A stretch of DNA of 64,000 bases, taken from assembly GCA_045613785.1 (NCBI GenBank), contig JAZLBQ010000007.1:78547-142546 (forward strand), written 5' to 3'. Both the position numbers and the translations under genes were made by a program. The notes under the pieces are model-generated. The model was not told the origin of the DNA, did not search any database, and saw only the letters and a program-made list of their open reading frames with translations. This document shows, one piece after another, positions 59,106 to 64,000 of this stretch. The DNA is from Candidatus Enterousia sp. (GTDB lineage: Bacteria; Pseudomonadota; Alphaproteobacteria; Rs-D84). Numbering within the stretch: position 1 is the stretch's first letter; each line of letters begins with the position of its first letter.

Positions 59106-59771
59106 ATGAACAACGACTATGTTGGTAGAGGGGTTTATACTTATCCTGATATTATAAGAATTGTTGGTATTTCTCGTTCCAGAATTAAAGGTCTGGTTGA
59201 TGGTCACACGAAACAAAACAAGACAAAAACACCTGTTATAACAAAAAGATCATTTATATTCGAAAATAAAGAATACTTCTCTTTTTTAGATTTAATTGAA
59301 ATAAAATTTATAAAACATTTCCTAGACCAAGGAGTTCCTAGAAAGAATATTATTCAAGCATACAATAAGATTAAAGAGGAATTAAAAAAAGAGCATCCTT
59401 TTGCAACCAGGTTTGTTGCTAATGTTACACATAATATTTTTATGGATAATAATAGAGATTTAGTTAGTTCGCTGGATAATCAAGTTTGGATGCGAGAACT
59501 TACAGAGGGAGAATTATTAAAAGGAATTGATTTTGAACATGATTTAGCAGCTCGCTGGTATCCATATGAGGACGAGCTTCCAGAAGTTGTATTAGATCCA
59601 GAATACAATTATGGAATGCCGATATTAAAATCTTGCAACATCAAAACTTCGAGTATATATGATGCATATGTTGCAGAAAATTGCAATGCTGATATTGTTG
59701 CGGACTGGTTTAATATACCTGTGGATTTTGTGAACCAAGCTGTAAAGTACGAAACAAGGTTGGGGATATAA
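59106..59771 (+). CDS. VapB45-like antitoxin (HTH + DUF433)
   Basis: GVYT, FSFLDLIEI, HPFA, VVLDP...GMPI, VADWF. Confidence 0.8.
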   Translation: MNNDYVGRGVYTYPDIIRIVGISRSRIKGLVDGHTKQNKTKTPVITKRSFIFENKEYFSFLDLIEIKFIKHFLDQGVPRKNIIQAYNKIKEELKKEHPFATRFVANVTHNIFMDNNRDLVSSLDNQVWMRELTEGELLKGIDFEHDLAARWYPYEDELPEVVLDPEYNYGMPILKSCNIKTSSIYDAYVAENCNADIVADWFNIPVDFVNQAVKYETRLGI

Positions 59772-60197
59772 ATGGTATTTGTGTTTGATGAAAATATTCC
59801 CAGTAAAATCGTAGAAACTTTATCAGCGCTGTATAAAGATTGCGCTGGAATACATAATTTGTATTCTGTGGAGCAACTGAATATGCGTGGCACAAAAGAT
59901 GTTGATTTAATGTCAAAGATAAAAGAGACTTTTCCAGAAGAAAAATGCATTTTTATTTCTGGTGATAAAAATATTTTAAAGAGGCCGCCGGAATTAGAAG
60001 CAATAAAAAATGCTGGTTTTGTTGGATTTATATGCGCTCCCAGTTCTTGTCAAAAAAATTTTCTTGAAAGGGGATTATATATTATGAATTTATGGCCAAG
60101 AATTTTGGAATTAGCTGAAAAATCTCGTCAGAAAACGATCTATAAAATGCCTGCAATATCTTTCGTGCCCACAGAGAAAGAATTTAAAAAATTGTAA
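59772..60197 (+). CDS. PIN-domain toxin (VapC45-like)
   Basis: FVFDENIP, GTKDVD, ISGD.NI..RP.E; adjacent to the antitoxin. Confidence 0.8.
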   Translation: MVFVFDENIPSKIVETLSALYKDCAGIHNLYSVEQLNMRGTKDVDLMSKIKETFPEEKCIFISGDKNILKRPPELEAIKNAGFVGFICAPSSCQKNFLERGLYIMNLWPRILELAEKSRQKTIYKMPAISFVPTEKEFKKL

Positions 60198-60218
60198 GTT
60201 TAGTTTTTGTAGCTGGTT

Positions 60219-60854
60219 TTATGCCACCCATTTTGATCGTTTGTCCATGTATAATGGTTCTAAGTTGTGTCTGAATTCTTCAACAATGTCGTTGATTTCT
60301 TTGTTAACTTTGTCATCGGATATAACTTTGCCATCTTTCATTTCGCAAAATATAAAATCATACAACGGTCTATATTCCGGGGTGTCTTTGCCATAATACA
60401 AATCTTTAGATGCCTGCATAATTCTAAAATTATATTCGGTCAGTTTAAGTATGGCGATGATAATTTCTTTCCCCCAGTACATATAGGCCTGATTTTGTAA
60501 TGACCGCAATTTTTCAATAATGTCTTGTTGTTTTATTAGTCTCTGGTGCGGAACCAAGTGATCTACTCGTTCTGGATATACATCAGCATTGCCGGGATGT
60601 GCAGCTGTTTCTGCTTTTATCCATTCAAGTGCTTCGTCATGTTCTACTTTTGCTATCATTGGCATTCTAACGCCAATATACAGGTCTTGAATATCGTAAA
60701 CAGCACGCATGATGTCCGCGGCAAGTTCAATTTTCTTTTTACCAATAAATTCACGTTTCCAAGTATAAAGAGCCACCACAGCAATAATGGCTGTTGTGAC
60801 GGATGCTGTACAAGAAATAATGTCTGTTACAATCATGTGTTTGATAATATTCAT
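60219..60854 (-). CDS. Single-TM helical hypothetical protein
   Basis: N-terminal TM followed by TWKRE..GKKKIELA. Confidence 0.7.
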   Translation of the reverse strand: MNIIKHMIVTDIISCTASVTTAIIAVVALYTWKREFIGKKKIELAADIMRAVYDIQDLYIGVRMPMIAKVEHDEALEWIKAETAAHPGNADVYPERVDHLVPHQRLIKQQDIIEKLRSLQNQAYMYWGKEIIIAILKLTEYNFRIMQASKDLYYGKDTPEYRPLYDFIFCEMKDGKVISDDKVNKEINDIVEEFRHNLEPLYMDKRSKWVA

Positions 60855-60938
60855 AATTTTACGTCATTTCAATAATATTCTATTTCATTTACCGAGATAT
60901 TTATTGCGCTGGATATAGCAGTGTGTTATCATCCAGAT

Positions 60939-62075
60939 ATGTTCTATGAAAAACAACCTATTGCGAACAGAGAAGAATATAAGCAAATGCTGGCTTTGGT
61001 AGGTCAGCTGTCTAATATTTTTTCTGAAAGCGATTGTCCGTTTTTGTCTTATAGAGCCCATGAAAATATTTTTTGTAAATATTTGGGCGCGGAAAATATA
61101 GCTCGTTCTGATTGTTCTGCTGATGCAAAGCACGACAAACTTGGTATAGGGTTAAAAACTTGGATGGGTAGTGACGATCAAAAGGTTGCCGAGTTTGGAC
61201 GGTTGAAAAAGAATTATGCACAGTTGACAGGTATTGATCTTGTAAAACAAATTGCTGAATATAGAAATGAACGTATAAGAGTAACGAAGAAATTACATGG
61301 TTTGGATTCTATGATTTATCACGTTGTTAAACGTGTGCCTGGTGCCATGCAAGTTCTTGAGGGTGTATTTGATGAAATCGATATTGATAATATAACGCTT
61401 CTCCCTAAAAAGGGTAAGGAAAACAATACATATTTTACAGACGGAAAACATAAATATCATTTCAGCACATCAAAAAATACATTGTATATGATATTTGATT
61501 TTCTTGAACAGTTGGATTCATTTGAGGTCAAGATTCTGGAAGATCCGTATACGGTTTTATTGAAAACCATGGAAAATCCGGACGAAAGAATTAGAAAATT
61601 TATTGATTTTGGAACGCAGAAGCCTCAGTTGTGTTTGAGATTATACTCTGTTGAGAAAGATAAAAAATTTGTTGGGCTCAAAAGTGGTCTTAACCAGTGG
61701 AATGCTAAGGGCAGGCCTCGTAATCCAAATGAGGTGTACATACCATATCCTAAAGTTGATAGAGATAGAATACCTGATTTCTTTCCACCGAGAAACACCC
61801 CGTTCAATTTGCGTTTGCCGGATGGTACAGTAATCCCAGCGAAGGTATGTCAACAAGATAACAAAGCTATCATGAGTAATCCAAATAGGTTGCTAGGTAA
61901 GTGGTTGTTGAGAGATGTTTTTGAATTGCCAGACTGGAAGTTGGTTACGTATGAAATGTTGGAAAAGTTTGGTATAGATAGTGTGATATTCACTAAGAAC
62001 GCGGAACTGGACTATTCTATTGAATTTTCTGATTTGGGAACATATGAACAGTTTTATGGTCTTGAAGACGAATAA
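60939..62075 (+). CDS. Type II restriction endonuclease, NgoFVII-like family
   Basis: YR.HEN.FCK, DA..GIGLKT, QKVAEF, SGLNQWNA.GR.R..NEVYIP, KAIMSNPN..LGKW. Confidence 0.82.
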   Translation: MFYEKQPIANREEYKQMLALVGQLSNIFSESDCPFLSYRAHENIFCKYLGAENIARSDCSADAKHDKLGIGLKTWMGSDDQKVAEFGRLKKNYAQLTGIDLVKQIAEYRNERIRVTKKLHGLDSMIYHVVKRVPGAMQVLEGVFDEIDIDNITLLPKKGKENNTYFTDGKHKYHFSTSKNTLYMIFDFLEQLDSFEVKILEDPYTVLLKTMENPDERIRKFIDFGTQKPQLCLRLYSVEKDKKFVGLKSGLNQWNAKGRPRNPNEVYIPYPKVDRDRIPDFFPPRNTPFNLRLPDGTVIPAKVCQQDNKAIMSNPNRLLGKWLLRDVFELPDWKLVTYEMLEKFGIDSVIFTKNAELDYSIEFSDLGTYEQFYGLEDE

Positions 62076-62106
62076 AAAATTTTTCGTTTTTTGATTGATT
62101 TCTATT

Positions 62107-62118
62107 GCGGCGCGCCGC
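62107..62118. promoter_or_regulatory. GCGGCGCGCCGC palindrome (two GCSGC sites) in the methyltransferase promoter
   Basis: 12-bp all-GC palindrome in AT-rich intergenic DNA about 45 bp upstream of the MTase start. Confidence 0.6.
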
Positions 62119-62163
62119 GATTTATGATAAGTATATTATCAGGAAAAGAAAGAGAGGTTGGAT

Positions 62164-63150
62164 ATGTATACTATTGCATCATTTTTCGCAGGGGTTGGTG
62201 GTATAGATTTGGGATTTGAACAAACCAACAAGTGCAAAACAATTTACGCAAATGAATTTGATCCTTATGCAAGTGAAACGTTCGAAAAGAACTTTCCTAA
62301 TGTTAAAGTAGATCAAAGAGATATACATATCGTTCCAGAAAAAGATGTGCCAAATGCAGATATATTCATAGGTGGGTTCCCTTGTCAGGCGTTTTCCATC
62401 GCTGGTTATAGACAGGGTTTCGACGATGAAAAGGGTAGAGGAAATCTGTTTTTTGAGCTGGTTCGTATGATGAAAGCAAAAAAACCTCGGGTTGCGTTAT
62501 TTGAAAATGTAAAAAATTTGGTCAGCCATGATAATGGGAACACCTTTCGTGTTATTTGTAATGAGTTAGAAAAGTTAGGATATAGCTATACATATCAGGT
62601 TTTGAATGCAATGAATTATGGGAATATGGCACAAAACAGAGAACGTATATATATTGTAGCGTTTCGAAACAAGAAAGATTTTGCCAAATTTAAATGGCCG
62701 ACTACAGTTCCTTTGACCACAACAGTAAAAGACATTATAGATTTTACCAAAAAGGTGGACGACAGGTTTTATTACACCAAAGATAAATATAAAGGTGACA
62801 TATATGAACAGCTTGTAGAAGCCACAAAAGATGATGACAGTAAGCATCCCGCGATTTATCAATGGCGAAGAAAATACGTTAGAAAAAACAAAAGCGGTGT
62901 AGTTCCAACACTTACAGCCAACCAGGGCGAAGGTGGTCATAATGTTTGCATAGTTAAAACAAAATACGGTTTACGTAAAATGACACCACAAGAATGTTTT
63001 AATACCCAGGGGTATCCCAAAACATTTGTGTTACCAAAACAAAGTGATGCGCGTTTATATAAGCAAGCAGGAAATTCTGTTTGTGTACCAGTTATTCATA
63101 ACATAGCAGAAAATATAGTTGTTGCCATATCTGATGGCGGTGAAGACTAA
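62164..63150 (+). CDS. dcm: C5 cytosine DNA methyltransferase
   Basis: FAGVGG, GFPCQAFS, ENVKNL, Q.RER, YKQAGNSV. Confidence 0.95.
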   Translation: MYTIASFFAGVGGIDLGFEQTNKCKTIYANEFDPYASETFEKNFPNVKVDQRDIHIVPEKDVPNADIFIGGFPCQAFSIAGYRQGFDDEKGRGNLFFELVRMMKAKKPRVALFENVKNLVSHDNGNTFRVICNELEKLGYSYTYQVLNAMNYGNMAQNRERIYIVAFRNKKDFAKFKWPTTVPLTTTVKDIIDFTKKVDDRFYYTKDKYKGDIYEQLVEATKDDDSKHPAIYQWRRKYVRKNKSGVVPTLTANQGEGGHNVCIVKTKYGLRKMTPQECFNTQGYPKTFVLPKQSDARLYKQAGNSVCVPVIHNIAENIVVAISDGGED

Positions 63151-63512
63151 TTATGGAGCCCATTTTTCCACAAAGTGGCCATTTGGAATAATTTGCGCTG
63201 GTAGCGACGGAGCAACCATGTCTGCCGGCATGTTGGGTCGCCATTGTTGGTTCTGCGTATAGCGTTCTCTAACTCGTGCAGTGATCGACATGTTGCGAAA
63301 TAAAGCATAATAAAGTCAGTCTTGTTACTGGGCTCAATTTCCCGAAAATGTTTGTACTCCATAGACAATCCTTTTAAGGTTGTCGTATTCGTCAATATCT
63401 TTCAGCGAAAGTCCAGTCATTTGTTCAATGTAACAAAAATAAAAATACACAATCTTACACCACGAGTGCGATTTTTACTAGAAAAGGGTTAGAATATTAC
63501 GGGTTTTGCTTT

Positions 63513-63545
63513 TACGACATACGGACTAGCATTCCGTGTGTCGTA
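63513..63545. repeat. 13-bp inverted repeat resembling the tRNA-Asn anticodon arm
   Basis: TACGACATACGGA-CTAGCAT-TCCGTGTGTCGTA; 19/22 match to 63936-63957. Confidence 0.65.
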
Positions 63546-63664
63546 GGGGGGGTGGTGTGTAATAAATGCTTTATGGTGTATATGTCTGCAGTTGATTTAG
63601 AATCATGATTTTTGATTTTCCAAAAAACAAAAAATAACAATCGTTGAAATTACTTGATTTTTTA

Positions 63665-63709
63665 ATAGAAATCTACATAGAAATCAATATAGAAATCTAT
63701 ATACAAATC
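63665..63709. repeat. Four ATAGAAATC-like direct repeats, 12-bp period (possible arm-type sites)
   Basis: Copies at 63665, 63677, 63689 and ATACAAATC at 63701. Confidence 0.75.
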
Positions 63710-63907
63710 ATAAAAAAAGCCATCGGACAAGAAAACGTATTTATAGAAATGTAAGGGTGGTTTTTCATAGGTGTTCTGTGTATTTTGGTGTATTTTTATT
63801 AAAAAACAAGGGTAAAAATGCCCATTTTTGACGTTTTTGTGTGTTTTATACAGGAACAAATTGCCGCTATGAAAGCAAAGAAAAATCCCGGAAAACCGGG
63901 AAATTTT

Positions 63908-63983
63908 TGGCTCGGGCAACTGGACTCGAACCAGTGACATACGGATTAACAGTCCGTTGTTCTACCGACTGAACTATGCCCGA
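63908..63983 (-). tRNA. tRNA-Asn(GTT)
   Basis: TCGGGCATAGTTCAGTCGG...CTGTTAA...GGTTCGAGTCCAGTTGCCCGAGCCA. Confidence 0.96.
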
Positions 63984-64000
63984 ATAGCGAACAGAATAAT

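Larger units (their letters stand above)
58679..63954. mobile_element. Integrase-less island B (~5.2 kb) at tRNA-Asn carrying TA and RM
   Basis: 47-bp direct repeats; ATAGAAATC boxes near both ends; no integrase ORF. Confidence 0.85.

Noticed and set aside
62097-62105. Extra GATTTCTAT box in the MTase promoter
   Set aside because: Single 9-mer in AT-rich DNA; may be chance
63147-63395. Possible excisionase or integrase remnant
   Set aside because: No HTH or tyrosine-recombinase motif recognisable; left uncalled
1-64000. CRISPR array or cas genes
   Set aside because: No regularly spaced 25-45 bp repeats with unique spacers seen; the tandem repeats found are 8-9 bp; no cas motifs

Overview
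AT-rich bacterial chromosome segment. The lineage is inferred, not proven: a reduced-genome alphaproteobacterium resembling the gut Rs-D84/'Enterousia' group. About 1-21.9 kb is core or long-resident DNA: the dnaB 5' end, decayed podophage/GTA-like genes, a four-gene surface-glycan cluster, an outer-membrane protein, tRNA-His and tRNA-Ala plus a degenerate tRNA-Ala copy, frr-uppS-cdsA-rseP-bamA, a VirB7/VirB8/VirB8-like trio, yraN, ackA and an MFS transporter. The ~42 kb between tRNA-Lys (21.8 kb) and tRNA-Asn (63.9 kb) is a defence hotspot. Its left part holds a phage polyvalent-protein remnant, a UvrD helicase, a Zorya-like operon whose ZorE homologue has apparently lost its HNH active site and gained ankyrin repeats, a WYL regulator, DUF2130, an AAA/vWA-like pair upstream of McrBC and an HD hydrolase. 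Its right part is two tandem integrase-less islands bounded by three copies of the tRNA-Asn att core. The ~18 kb island carries type I RM, OLD, KTSC, DUF4268, a KAP NTPase, two AbiU2-like HEPN genes and hipBA. The ~5 kb island carries a DUF433/PIN toxin-antitoxin pair and a NgoFVII-like/Dcm RM system. The best candidates for new biology are the ankyrin-ZorE Zorya variant and the integrase-less tandem defence cassettes with shared end motifs. All protein family calls come from motif recognition by eye; no searches were run.
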